Positions 49,196 to 58,630 of a stretch of DNA of 64,000 bases are shown piece by piece. The translations under genes were made by a program, and so were the position numbers. The number at the start of each line of letters is the position of its first letter. The first letter of the stretch is position 1. Origin of the DNA: a virus (Duplodnaviria; Heunggongvirae; Uroviricota; Caudoviricetes). The notes beneath the pieces were generated by a model. The model worked only from the letters and a program-made list of their open reading frames with translations, ran no database searches and was not told where the DNA came from. The stretch is from IMG/VR virus record IMGVR_UViG_3300012324_000010; one strand, 5' to 3'.

Positions 49196-49214
49196 ATTTT
49201 TGTGTCCCTTTTAC
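49196..49214 (+). repeat. polar intergenic motif TTTTTGTGTCCCTTTTACC (copy 11)
   Basis: same family. Confidence 0.8.
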
Positions 49215-49556
49215 CAATTGCTGTTAGTGGATAACACCTATCATTGGATATATCTTCCTACAGCAAAATCGCACCCAAAATCTATTGCTTTAAAAGTGAA
49301 TCTGAAACAGAAGATAAACACCCCTGAAAAACTAAAAAATATAGCTATACAAGGAAAGAAAAACGCATTGAAGTACAAATACTCACAAAAATACTTTCAA
49401 CCGCTTAGAAAGCAATATAGAGCTTTTTATCTCTTCTTCTTTTAAAGATCAAAAATGAGACTGATCTTCAAAAAAACCAGTCTCTTTTCCAACCTATTTG
49501 GTTGTATATTTCATGATAACCTGTGAGGAAAACACAGCTCTTGTTCCTGTGGTAGA

Positions 49557-50540
49557 TTACCACTGTCCATAGATTTCAGAATGTGCTTTAATATTCATAT
49601 TTCCAGCAATAATACCTCCATGGCAGATTGCATGATCTAGAACATGAACATTTTCGCATACCATGCTATCTCCTTGGATTGCACAGTTGCCATAAACATG
49701 TGAAGTGCCGCACACCTGGGAGTTATCTTTTACTACAGCATTGTCATAAACGTGAGATCTTCCATAGCACAATGCTTCACCTGATACTTCTGCATGTCCA
49801 TAGACAACACTGTTGTTATAGATTTTGGCGCTTCCCTTGATTACACAATGTCCATAGGCTTTAGCTTCATCTGATAGACAAGCATGATCAGAAACATGAC
49901 AATATCCTTTAAGTTGAACACTGTCTACAACAATAGAAGATCCATCAACTCGTGCATAGTCTGAAACTACAACATTTCCACAAACATGAGCATTGTCTCC
50001 TACTTGAGCATCATCTTTTACTTGTGCTTTTCCATAGACACAAGCTTTCCCACAAAGGTAAGCATAGCCATAAATATCAGCACTTCCACTGACTTTCACA
50101 CTGTCTTTGACAGTAGCCCTTTGATGCACTTGAGCATTGTCAAAGACTTGACTGTTATCTCTAATGATTGCACTGCTATAGACATGAGCATTGCCATATA
50201 CTTGTGCATTTCCTAGAACAGAAGATTTGCCTGAAACATGAGCTTTGTCATACACCTGCGCATTGTTTTTAATAGTTGCATAATCTTTTACTACTGCATT
50301 TCCATATACTTGTGCAGTGTCTTTTGCACAACTAGAACCAGAAAGAACAGCATTGTCATATACCTTGGCGTTATCAAAAACCCATGCATTATCAGAAAGG
50401 TTATGTGGTGATTCTACAAAACCTCCTTTGTCTCCCTGAGATACACCATGATCAGGAATATCTTTTAATGCTTGAATCCTGTGTAGAGTATGTCCTGAAA
50501 CAACAATGGTGTCATGGGTGAGTCTAAAATAGGTATCCAT
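49557..50540 (-). CDS. hexapeptide-repeat (left-handed beta-helix) protein
   Basis: 327 aa composed of about 45 consecutive hexads ([AS]x[VI]x[GDN]N-type, e.g. AQVYGNAVVKDYATIKNNAQVYDKAHV...). Confidence 0.65.
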   Translation of the reverse strand: MDTYFRLTHDTIVVSGHTLHRIQALKDIPDHGVSQGDKGGFVESPHNLSDNAWVFDNAKVYDNAVLSGSSCAKDTAQVYGNAVVKDYATIKNNAQVYDKAHVSGKSSVLGNAQVYGNAHVYSSAIIRDNSQVFDNAQVHQRATVKDSVKVSGSADIYGYAYLCGKACVYGKAQVKDDAQVGDNAHVCGNVVVSDYARVDGSSIVVDSVQLKGYCHVSDHACLSDEAKAYGHCVIKGSAKIYNNSVVYGHAEVSGEALCYGRSHVYDNAVVKDNSQVCGTSHVYGNCAIQGDSMVCENVHVLDHAICHGGIIAGNMNIKAHSEIYGQW

Positions 50541-50833
50541 AGTTGATAAGATCTCCTTTTAAAGATATGTAGTGCTTTTTAAAACCTAATGATAGGCTTG
50601 TGTAAACAAAAAGTCAATAGCATTTATCACATCATTAACATTTCAAGAGCACAGAAAAAAATCCCTGTGGAAAAAACTCCACAGGGAAAAGTTCTTTTTT
50701 TATTCTGTGCTAATAGCAGCTAGTTGCTCTGCTGTAGCAAGAACAGCAATGAGACCCCATGCTAAAGCTAGTGGCATCATAACAGCACTAATAGCAGCAA
50801 TAACAGTATTTTTCACCATGTGATATCACCTTT

Positions 50834-51271
50834 CTATACAAGATTAGGTTGTGCAGTCTTGTGGAAATCTAGTTCAATAGAGCGCACATCATAAGTAGAT
50901 GCAGCCTTGGATAGATTGATGATCATGAAGTTGTCATCATCACCTGCAAGATTATACACCTCATGCATGGAATCTAGAGCAAAAATATCGGCATCAGTCC
51001 AGTTACGTGCAGCAGCATTTCGGTGGTAGTTATCTTTACCCAAATCCAGCTTAGAATAATCAATCATAAAGACATCTTGCAAAATCAGTCCTGTTACAGA
51101 GTGTACTCCTCGCTTGTTGAGCATCATGGTGATGTCGTTGTCACCAAGTACATTTTCAATCAAAGAAACAGTGGAATCAAAAGTATTCTTGGTAGATGCT
51201 ACTACTCCAGTGACAACTCCAGCACCCTGGTAGTGGTTTTCTACAATAATAAACTTGGACATATATCTCAT
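50834..51271 (-). CDS. hypothetical protein
   Basis: 145-aa ORF. Confidence 0.5.
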   Translation of the reverse strand: MRYMSKFIIVENHYQGAGVVTGVVASTKNTFDSTVSLIENVLGDNDITMMLNKRGVHSVTGLILQDVFMIDYSKLDLGKDNYHRNAAARNWTDADIFALDSMHEVYNLAGDDDNFMIINLSKAASTYDVRSIELDFHKTAQPNLV

Positions 51272-51392
51272 CTCTTTCTGATAGATGGTGTGTTTTCCTC
51301 TTGAACAACTTCCATATTAGTGGGTGATTGAATGGTGATCAAGTTGTAGAAAAGTGGAATACCCCTGTATGGGTGTAGATAGAGAATATATG

Positions 51393-51412
51393 TTTTGTGT
51401 CCCCTTTTTACC
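51393..51412 (+). repeat. polar intergenic motif TTTTGTGTCCCCTTTTTACC (copy 12)
   Basis: same family. Confidence 0.8.
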
Positions 51413-51434
51413 AAATGAAGAGAACTATGAAAAA

Positions 51435-51452
51435 TAGACAGACTTGTCTGTA
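51435..51452. promoter_or_regulatory. palindrome TAGACAGACTTGTCTGTA, copy 3 variant
   Basis: ACAGAC..GTCTGT inverted repeat upstream of 50834..51271 (-). Confidence 0.4.
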
Positions 51453-51523
51453 TATTCCTACCTTGAAGATATAACTATAAAAGAAAAGACAGCACAAGGT
51501 GTTCTTGTACTGTCTTATTCCTG

Positions 51524-51597
51524 CGCTTCTGACGGGACTCGAACCCGCGACCCCTTGCGTGACAGGCAAGTGCGCTAACCGGCTGCGCCACAGAAGC
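51524..51597 (-). tRNA. tRNA-Asp (anticodon GTC)
   Basis: gcttctgtggcgcagccggttagcgcacttgcctgtcacgcaaggggtcgcgggttcgagtcccgtcagaagcg; anticodon loop CTGTCAC. Confidence 0.9.
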
Positions 51598-51731
51598 AAT
51601 AAATATACTATAACACACGTGAAAATATGGTGTCAAGTTCTAGCTTAAAAAACTTTTTATACACAAGAAATACTATGCTGATATGATAGAAAAGAACATT
51701 TATTCCTCTATTTTTTGCAAAGGAAAAGCAC

Positions 51732-52142
51732 ATGGCTAAAAAGAAAAAGACCACCTCTTCATCTACACCCTCTAGAACTGATATTGCAGCATCATTTATT
51801 GCTGACAACATCTACCGCTATAACACCATGACTGTTGAAGATAAATCTGTTAATCCTTGGGATCTCAAAGATGCACTGATTTTAAAAAATCCTGGAAACC
51901 TTTATGAAGTAAAAAACACCTCTGATGGTGATGTAATATCTATCAATGGCAATAACTGTGTTATCTATGCAGGTGATTCTGCTTTTAGTGATGCTGGACA
52001 GAGAGGTTTTAAACTAGACAGGATCATCTATGACCGCATGGGTGGATCTAGAGGGAAAGGATCTGGATCAGGGGGAAGTTTTGTCACTGTTGCACTTGTA
52101 CTTCTTCTTGTCATTATCATTGCAGTGGCTATTTTCTTCTAA
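51732..52142 (+). CDS. tail-anchored membrane protein
   Basis: 136 aa; basic N-terminus, Gly/Ser linker, C-terminal TM VTVALVLLLVIIIAVAIFF. Confidence 0.55.
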   Translation: MAKKKKTTSSSTPSRTDIAASFIADNIYRYNTMTVEDKSVNPWDLKDALILKNPGNLYEVKNTSDGDVISINGNNCVIYAGDSAFSDAGQRGFKLDRIIYDRMGGSRGKGSGSGGSFVTVALVLLLVIIIAVAIFF

Positions 52143-52334
52143 GTTTCACTTGTTCAATGCAAGTAGGCTGGTTTTGTTCTTATACAAGACCAGCTTTTTA
52201 TCTATCACACAAGATAAAAACACCTCTAATAATGCCATATTCTTGCCTGAGATAGCTTGAAACAAGCTCTCTGGATAACTTATGCATAAAGAGATTTCCG
52301 ACTGCTTAGAAAGCAATCTAGGAGGTATTATTAC

Positions 52335-52353
52335 ATTGTGTCCCTTTCTTTTT
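52335..52353 (+). repeat. polar intergenic motif ATTGTGTCCCTTTCTTTTT (copy 13)
   Basis: same family. Confidence 0.75.
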
Positions 52354-52365
52354 CTTTTAAAAAAA

Positions 52366-52412
52366 GAAAAACACCCCTTAAAACACATCTAAGAGGTGCA
52401 TTTAAATCATAG
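52366..52412 (-). terminator. intrinsic terminator downstream of deoxyribonucleotidase-like gene
   Basis: aaaaacaccccttaaaacacatctaagaggtg hairpin with flanking A/T runs. Confidence 0.55.
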
Positions 52413-52419
52413 GCTGTTT

Positions 52420-53106
52420 CTATACAGCCACAGAACCATGATGATCAATGACTACATCAGCAAAATCTTCCAAGGTAGAAACACGAACACCAGGAAGATG
52501 ATTGTTATAGGGCTGGTTGTAGATAACAGGGAAAGACTGAGAATTAGCTAGAGCATCAATAATGTTTTTAGGTGCATCATCAATGATATAGTCAAACCCC
52601 ATTTCTGACTTGTTCTTTTTATCCATGAAGAACAAACGATCATCAGTGATATTGATATTATGGCGAGAGAAGAAACGCAAAGTCTCCTTCCTCCATGGCT
52701 CACGGCGAGCTGTAACAGCAAGTACCTTGAAACCATGATCTACAAGCTTATTGACAGCTGTAGGTGCAGTAGAATCAGCCAAAGGAATATCTCCTGCCTT
52801 ATCCATGACTGAAACATGTGCTTTTTCAAAGTCATCAAAGTTTCTAAACCATCCAGAATCAACAAAGTTATAAGATTCTGGACAGTCAATATCACTGTGT
52901 GCAACAAGAGAATAAGGCTTCATAGCTGCATTAAAATCAGCCATAACACCATCAATGTCCAGTGCTACTACAGGAGACTTCTTAGTAATGGTAAAAGTCT
53001 TTTCTACCATAAGATCTTTGATAAGATGTGCTTCTTTGATCTTTCCTGGAGATACCTGATCTACAGGAAGATGAGAATACGTAGTGTAGAAATCCAATGA
53101 GGACAT
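52420..53106 (-). CDS. HAD-superfamily 5'(3')-deoxyribonucleotidase (NT5C family)
   Basis: Start trimmed to MSSLDFY (AAGGAG SD). Motif I VVALDIDGVMADF matches the NT5C DxDGVxADF signature; later DHGFKVLAVTAR and IIDDAP blocks fit HAD motifs II and III. Confidence 0.65.
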   Translation of the reverse strand: MSSLDFYTTYSHLPVDQVSPGKIKEAHLIKDLMVEKTFTITKKSPVVALDIDGVMADFNAAMKPYSLVAHSDIDCPESYNFVDSGWFRNFDDFEKAHVSVMDKAGDIPLADSTAPTAVNKLVDHGFKVLAVTARREPWRKETLRFFSRHNINITDDRLFFMDKKNKSEMGFDYIIDDAPKNIIDALANSQSFPVIYNQPYNNHLPGVRVSTLEDFADVVIDHHGSVAV

Positions 53107-53787
53107 AAGTGATAAAACTCCTTGATAATATAAGTGCTTTTTTTTAGATACACACAGTACTATAGCAGTGTATCTTTGCTTGATCAAGGGAAATGCAAAG
53201 AAAAATAAAAAACACCCCCTCTATGCAGAGGTAGCTCTTTGCATAAAGGGGTGTTTTAATTGAATACTAAGGAGTAAATAGTTCATCAGATACACCGCAG
53301 CATAAGCTATAAGTAAGCTTCTGCTGCATGTATGACTATACCACAAGATAAAAGAAGATAAAAAGAAAAAGCACACATGTACTTTTTACTCCTTGGTAGC
53401 GATCAAGCCCCCACCACACAATAAGGAAAACAACAGCAAAGGGCGATCAAGCTGGTGGAATAAAAAGCAAACATATGTGCTTCTCCCTCTATTCATTTAT
53501 ATGAGCACTATATAAGAAAACATCCTTTTCCTCAAGTGCTGTTTTTAAGTATACTACATAGGGTAAAAATGTGTCAAAATAGGGTGTATGAAATGGGAGT
53601 TTTTGCAGGTAGATGGCAATAAAATATGTTGATTATTTTTTGCACATCTTTACAGCTTTACAGATTTGCAGATTTACAGCTTTTTCTTGGTTTTTCTCTT
53701 TTCCCTAGTAGTTAGACAAAGATATTATTAAAAAATATAATGCAGATTACAATGGAGTTTATCTTTCAAAAACAAAAGGAGTGCTCT

Positions 53788-54255
53788 ATGGAGAATACAA
53801 ACTATCTTGTTACTTCTTCTGATGAGGATATGTATTATCTTTTAAAGGATGATACTTCTACCCCACAAGAAAGCTTAGAATACTTCCTGCATTGTGATAT
53901 GAAAGCTTTGTCAGAGTTTATAGCAACAGTAGAATCTTCTTCCACGTTGATTTACTACTGGAGGGAAATAGAATCATTGGATATTTCCCTAGATTATTGC
54001 ACTCAATCTCAAGAACTTCTTTTCTCTTTTGTGGGAAATGATAATACTCCACAAGAAATCATCCATGATGTAGTGAGCAATAATACTGTATTAAAAGATG
54101 ACAGGCTAGGAGTAGAACCTTGTGTGGCGCATATGTTTGCTGCGCATAAAAACTCCACTGGAGAACTCATGGAAACATATCATGATAACTTTGATCATCA
54201 TCAGGATATACAAGATGATTTTAATGAGTTAATGGTAGAAAAGTTATTGAATTAA
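53788..54255 (+). CDS. acidic hypothetical protein
   Basis: Start trimmed to MENTNYL with AAAGGAG SD. Confidence 0.55.
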   Translation: MENTNYLVTSSDEDMYYLLKDDTSTPQESLEYFLHCDMKALSEFIATVESSSTLIYYWREIESLDISLDYCTQSQELLFSFVGNDNTPQEIIHDVVSNNTVLKDDRLGVEPCVAHMFAAHKNSTGELMETYHDNFDHHQDIQDDFNELMVEKLLN

Positions 54256-54326
54256 ACCACAATAGCTAAATCTTCTTCTAACTTTTCTATTGTGGCTGCT
54301 TTTGACGCTTGCTGCATCATAGATTC

Positions 54327-54346
54327 TATTTGTGTCCCCTTTTGAC
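54327..54346 (+). repeat. polar intergenic motif TATTTGTGTCCCCTTTTGAC (copy 14)
   Basis: same family. Confidence 0.8.
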
Positions 54347-54483
54347 TTCTTCCAATAGCACTCTTTGAAACAATGCTATGTTCTGCTATCATTGTGTATT
54401 CTTAAAAAAGATACCCCCCATGTAATCACATTCTCTAGATCCTTTTCCACTTAAGCCTATAAAACTCAAGGAGATAACAACTT

Positions 54484-54768
54484 ATGACTACCTCAAATAT
54501 TTCAAGTATAGAAGCAACTGAGCTTCTCTATAGAAAAGTACGCTATACAGGATACCTTCTTCCTGTAGACAACTACATCATTGCTATTGAACAAACATGG
54601 AATGATGATACCAACACCAACAACTTTGATGTTCACATCTTTGCTTATGAAGAAGATCCACAGTTTGTTTCCCACATAACTTCTAGTCTTGTGGAAGATA
54701 ACACCTTGTTTGAGACAGAAAACGCTGCAGGAAAATGGGCTATTGATAAGCTAAACAAGATTGCGTAA
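54484..54768 (+). CDS. hypothetical protein
   Basis: 94 aa with AAGGAG SD. Confidence 0.55.
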   Translation: MTTSNISSIEATELLYRKVRYTGYLLPVDNYIIAIEQTWNDDTNTNNFDVHIFAYEEDPQFVSHITSSLVEDNTLFETENAAGKWAIDKLNKIA

Positions 54769-54775
54769 ATGTAAG

Positions 54776-54826
54776 AAAAAACACCCCATTGGAAGATTAT
54801 AAAATATCAACCAAGGGGTGTTTTTC
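54776..54826 (+). terminator. bidirectional intrinsic terminator
   Basis: aaaaaacaccccattgg...ccaaggggtgttttt. Confidence 0.8.
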
Positions 54827-54836
54827 ATATATTTAA

Positions 54837-55076
54837 CTACAATGCAATGTGAGTAGAAACAACAGTCTTTTCTCCATTGTCTTCTACTTTTACCTTATCT
54901 ACAAAAATGAAATCATAGTGTAGAGATTGAATATGTAGCTCTGCTTCCTTTTTGCTTTTCCACTCTGACTCTACATGAGTATCCTTGCTATAAGAATGAG
55001 CAACCCTTACTACCCACAGGTATCCATCTTCTTGTGGTTTGGATGTTGTTGCTAGAGTATCTAGAACATTAAACAT
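54837..55076 (-). CDS. hypothetical protein
   Basis: 79-aa ORF. Confidence 0.5.
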   Translation of the reverse strand: MFNVLDTLATTSKPQEDGYLWVVRVAHSYSKDTHVESEWKSKKEAELHIQSLHYDFIFVDKVKVEDNGEKTVVSTHIAL

Positions 55077-55171
55077 TGTATCTTCTTTTCTCTCCTTGAA
55101 ATAGTGGTGTGGATTTATCTTCTAATAATGATTATTGCATAGATAGTTTTGTTAGAGCAAATAAAAGAAAG

Positions 55172-55243
55172 CTCCCCCGGTAGGATTCGAACCTACATAT
55201 CACGCATTAACAGTGCGCTGCTTTACCAATCAGCCACGGAGGA
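55172..55243 (-). tRNA. tRNA-Asn (anticodon GTT)
   Basis: tcctccgtggctgattggtaaagcagcgcactgttaatgcgtgatatgtaggttcgaatcctaccgggggag; anticodon loop CTGTTAA; U1-A72 first pair. Confidence 0.8.
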
Positions 55244-55284
55244 ATGTTTACAAAAAATAGTATAATACATAAAGTGAATCATTG

Positions 55285-56007
55285 TCAAATACCATTTTCA
55301 CCAGCAGTATTGCCACTATTTTCTGTATTTGGGTTAGGAAGAGGAATATTAGGTAAAGGCTGATCTCCTACTCCACTGTTGTTATCAGAAGTGCTACCAC
55401 CACTATTTCCTTGAGTTGCATTTCCTTGGGTGGTATTTCCCTGATCTGTAGGAGAAGGACTATTTCCATTATTTCCAGATGTGTTTCCTTGTTGAGCAGG
55501 GGTGTTGTTTCCCCTGTTGTTTCCCCTGCTGTTTCCTCTGTCAGAAGTGTTTTTATCTGGTGTATTAGGACTGTTGTGTCTTTGTGGAGTATTCACATTT
55601 TCTTCAGGATAGCTATTCCCATTGGTGTTTCTTTTTTGATTATTACCTCCAGTATTATCACTGTCATTTTGCTGCTGGTTTTCACCATTTCCTGTGGTAT
55701 TGTCATTTCCTTTCCCAGGAATGCCAGTAGGTGTTGTACCAGTGTTTGCAGAAGAATCTTGCCCTGGATTGTAGGTCTCTACAGTATCTACTGTAGTGGT
55801 AGTAGGGGTGTTGTTTTTGATAATAACCCTTTCTGTAGGAACAGTGGTAACAATCACTGTTTTAACAACAGGATCTTCAGGACCTTTCTTTCCTTCATAA
55901 TAGTCAAAAGCTTTCCCTACAAGGTTATAAGACAGAAGGGAAGATAATACTGCTCCTATAGAGTAGATAACAATGGTTGTTTTCTTGCCGGGATTAAACT
56001 CAAACAT
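55285..56007 (-). CDS. membrane-anchored low-complexity N/G/T-rich surface protein
   Basis: N-terminal TM then ~170 aa of NTxGN-type low complexity. Confidence 0.55.
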   Translation of the reverse strand: MFEFNPGKKTTIVIYSIGAVLSSLLSYNLVGKAFDYYEGKKGPEDPVVKTVIVTTVPTERVIIKNNTPTTTTVDTVETYNPGQDSSANTGTTPTGIPGKGNDNTTGNGENQQQNDSDNTGGNNQKRNTNGNSYPEENVNTPQRHNSPNTPDKNTSDRGNSRGNNRGNNTPAQQGNTSGNNGNSPSPTDQGNTTQGNATQGNSGGSTSDNNSGVGDQPLPNIPLPNPNTENSGNTAGENGI

Positions 56008-56090
56008 GTCTTTTTCCCTCCTTGAAAGTACGTTGTATTTTTTTACCTGTGGTGTGGTTTTTGCCTTATCATATCACTACAGTGCAGCAT

Positions 56091-56966
56091 CTACATCATT
56101 GACATTTTATGTGCCAGCTTCTCCATGGCTTTTTCTATAAATAGTACCTGTGTAGAGTAAGGATGCGGGATAAAAGAAAGAGAAGAAAAGTAAGTTTTTG
56201 CCAATGTATAGCTATCTGCAGAAAATCCCCTCCATTGAGGACCAGTAGCACGAGTGCTAATAAGGAAGTTTTCTGCTCTAGAGATTATGAAACTTTTGTA
56301 CTTATTATCACTATTGTACTTTTTCTCATTATCAATAGTGGTATAAAAATTGGAATAGTTATTACCAAAAAATCCAATGTATACTCCTAAAAGTCCTTTC
56401 CCAGGAATCCATACAGGTCCACCAGAATCCCCAAGTTTCCCATAAGCTCCAGAATCTCCTACAATGACATTGCCTGCTACTATTTTGATACTTCCACAGT
56501 TAATCTTTTTCTGCACTCTGCTATATACACATACTTTTTCACTGCTTTTAACATCAGAAATATCTACTTTTCTATCACCAGAATAGATATTTTCTCCCAA
56601 GGAAACATAGTTGTTAAGTTTTATAACATTGAAATCATTTCCCATAGATTGAGACAAAAGAGTTTTGCTACTTCTGTCAGTGCGAGACTCAATAGTTCCA
56701 ATGATGTGATCATCATTGTCATATACTACTGATTTCTTCCCTTTGAAAGAACAGTGATCTGCGGTATAAGCAAGCCTTTCTTTATGATCTATATATCCAA
56801 TAGTGCAAGTTTTCTTTTCATCAATAGATATTTGATCACCTTGCACAAGGGTAGGAAGATCCTCAATAGGTGTGGTATAAATAGGTTGTGCAGAAGCGTG
56901 AGCGGGAAAAAGAGCAATAAAGCAGAAGGCACACAGTAGCGCTATCTGCTTTGTCAAAGTATGCAT
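56091..56966 (-). CDS. secreted S1-family serine protease
   Basis: Signal peptide ...FPAHASA; His motif YTADHC; Ser motif LGDSGGPVW. Confidence 0.8.
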   Translation of the reverse strand: MHTLTKQIALLCAFCFIALFPAHASAQPIYTTPIEDLPTLVQGDQISIDEKKTCTIGYIDHKERLAYTADHCSFKGKKSVVYDNDDHIIGTIESRTDRSSKTLLSQSMGNDFNVIKLNNYVSLGENIYSGDRKVDISDVKSSEKVCVYSRVQKKINCGSIKIVAGNVIVGDSGAYGKLGDSGGPVWIPGKGLLGVYIGFFGNNYSNFYTTIDNEKKYNSDNKYKSFIISRAENFLISTRATGPQWRGFSADSYTLAKTYFSSLSFIPHPYSTQVLFIEKAMEKLAHKMSMM

Positions 56967-57047
56967 AATAGTTTTATAACCTTTTTGTGTATCTAGGATA
57001 GCTGATCTGTTTTAAACAACTATCCTAGCACAATCATTTCACTATAT

Positions 57048-57575
57048 CTATGCAACATTGACAGTTTCAGGAAGAGTGAGAAGAACATGATCTTTTCCAA
57101 TGCTTCTGTTGAGGATTTTAATAGCAGCATTATGCATATCTTGTCCTCCTGAAGAAGAACACCATGGTTCTACAATGAAAGTTTCTACTCCCTGATCAAA
57201 AAGATCTAGTGCTGTAGCAAGAACACAGCCATCAGTATCAAACCCTGCAAGGAATACCTCACAGTCATCTCCTTGCATCTCTATAAGAGGTACAAGCTGC
57301 TCTGCTGCACTATAGGTATTTTTAGGAAGAGAAATGTCATAAGCATGCTGGATTTGTTTAATGGAAGCGGTTTTCTCATTTTTAATCATCATGTCATCCC
57401 ATCCTAGTTGTTTAACAAAAAGACTGGTAGGATCATTGTAAAATGCAGTAGCAGCAACAAGATCAAATCCAGAAAGATCTGCTGATGCAATAGAAGACAC
57501 TACATCTTGTGTCCCTTGAGTAGTGTTAAAACCATCTTGCATATCAATCAAAGCAAGAAGTTGTGGTGAATCCAT
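57048..57575 (-). CDS. isochorismatase-family cysteine hydrolase
   Basis: LLALIDMQDGF (N-terminal D motif) and GFDTDGCVLATALDLFDQG (catalytic Cys block). Confidence 0.7.
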   Translation of the reverse strand: MDSPQLLALIDMQDGFNTTQGTQDVVSSIASADLSGFDLVAATAFYNDPTSLFVKQLGWDDMMIKNEKTASIKQIQHAYDISLPKNTYSAAEQLVPLIEMQGDDCEVFLAGFDTDGCVLATALDLFDQGVETFIVEPWCSSSGGQDMHNAAIKILNRSIGKDHVLLTLPETVNVA

Positions 57576-57742
57576 AGATATCATCTCCTTGTATTAAAAG
57601 GTGATAGTTAATATTATTTTTACCTATCATAACATTGATACATTGTTTTTATACCAGTGAAAACATCATTTTTAACACATCAGTGCTACTCTATAATAGT
57701 TAAAAACATACAAAATACTACATAGGAGGTTGTATCTATCTT

Positions 57743-58627
57743 ATGGATTTTTTACGTCACATATGGTGGGTGATAAACCACAATCCAATAATCATTGGTC
57801 TATGGTGGTTTGTCATGATCGTCATAGCAGGGGTGCTTATCACCAGAATGCTCAATATGTTGCAGAAAATATTGATTAAGTTCTATGGCATCACTATCAC
57901 AGATTCACAGTGGAATATCACTCTTGTTCAAGCAGTGGTGTGGCTAGCAAAAGTTATGACATGGATTATTATCATTGCCATGATTGCTTCTAGAGTAGGA
58001 ATCCCTGCAGGACTCATTGCAGCTATGGGCACTATTATTGGTGCAGCATTAGGTTTTGGTTCTCAAGAAACAGTAAGAGATGTGGTTAAAGGAAGCATCC
58101 ATCTTCTAGAAAAGCAGTTTTCTGTAGGAGACTATATTGGACTTAATGTTTCAGGCGTAGAACATGAAGGTGTGGTTAAAGATGTATCTTTGAGAACTTT
58201 AACTCTAGCTACAGAAGAATATGGCGTGGTAACCATTCCACAGGGGAATATTACTTTGATCCAAAACTACTCTAGAAATGTTGGTGAATTTGTAGTGCGT
58301 CTTCCTTTTGACACTTCTACTCCAGTATCACCTATTATTGCACTTACAGAAGAAGTAGTGGAAGACATTCACATCAAAGATCACAGTGTTGTTAAAAAAT
58401 ACATCACAGAAGATGATATTAAAGATCTCACCACTATCACTAGTGCAACAGTAAGAGGAGTATCTAGTGTAGAAGATGGAAAGATTATCATCCAGGTAAA
58501 AGGTGAATCTATCCCAGGTTCTCAGTTTGCAGCAAAAAGAGCATTACTTAAAGCTATTGCAGGACATCTAGAAGAAAATGATGTTCAGTTCTACTCTATC
58601 CACCTTCCAGCAAGACAGGAGGTATAA
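57743..58627 (+). CDS. MscS-family mechanosensitive channel
   Basis: Three N-terminal TMs then FSVGDYIGLNVSGVEHEGVVKDVSLRTLTLATEEYGVVTIPQGNI matching the MscS beta-domain signature. Confidence 0.8.
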   Translation: MDFLRHIWWVINHNPIIIGLWWFVMIVIAGVLITRMLNMLQKILIKFYGITITDSQWNITLVQAVVWLAKVMTWIIIIAMIASRVGIPAGLIAAMGTIIGAALGFGSQETVRDVVKGSIHLLEKQFSVGDYIGLNVSGVEHEGVVKDVSLRTLTLATEEYGVVTIPQGNITLIQNYSRNVGEFVVRLPFDTSTPVSPIIALTEEVVEDIHIKDHSVVKKYITEDDIKDLTTITSATVRGVSSVEDGKIIIQVKGESIPGSQFAAKRALLKAIAGHLEENDVQFYSIHLPARQEV

Positions 58628-58630
58628 TAT

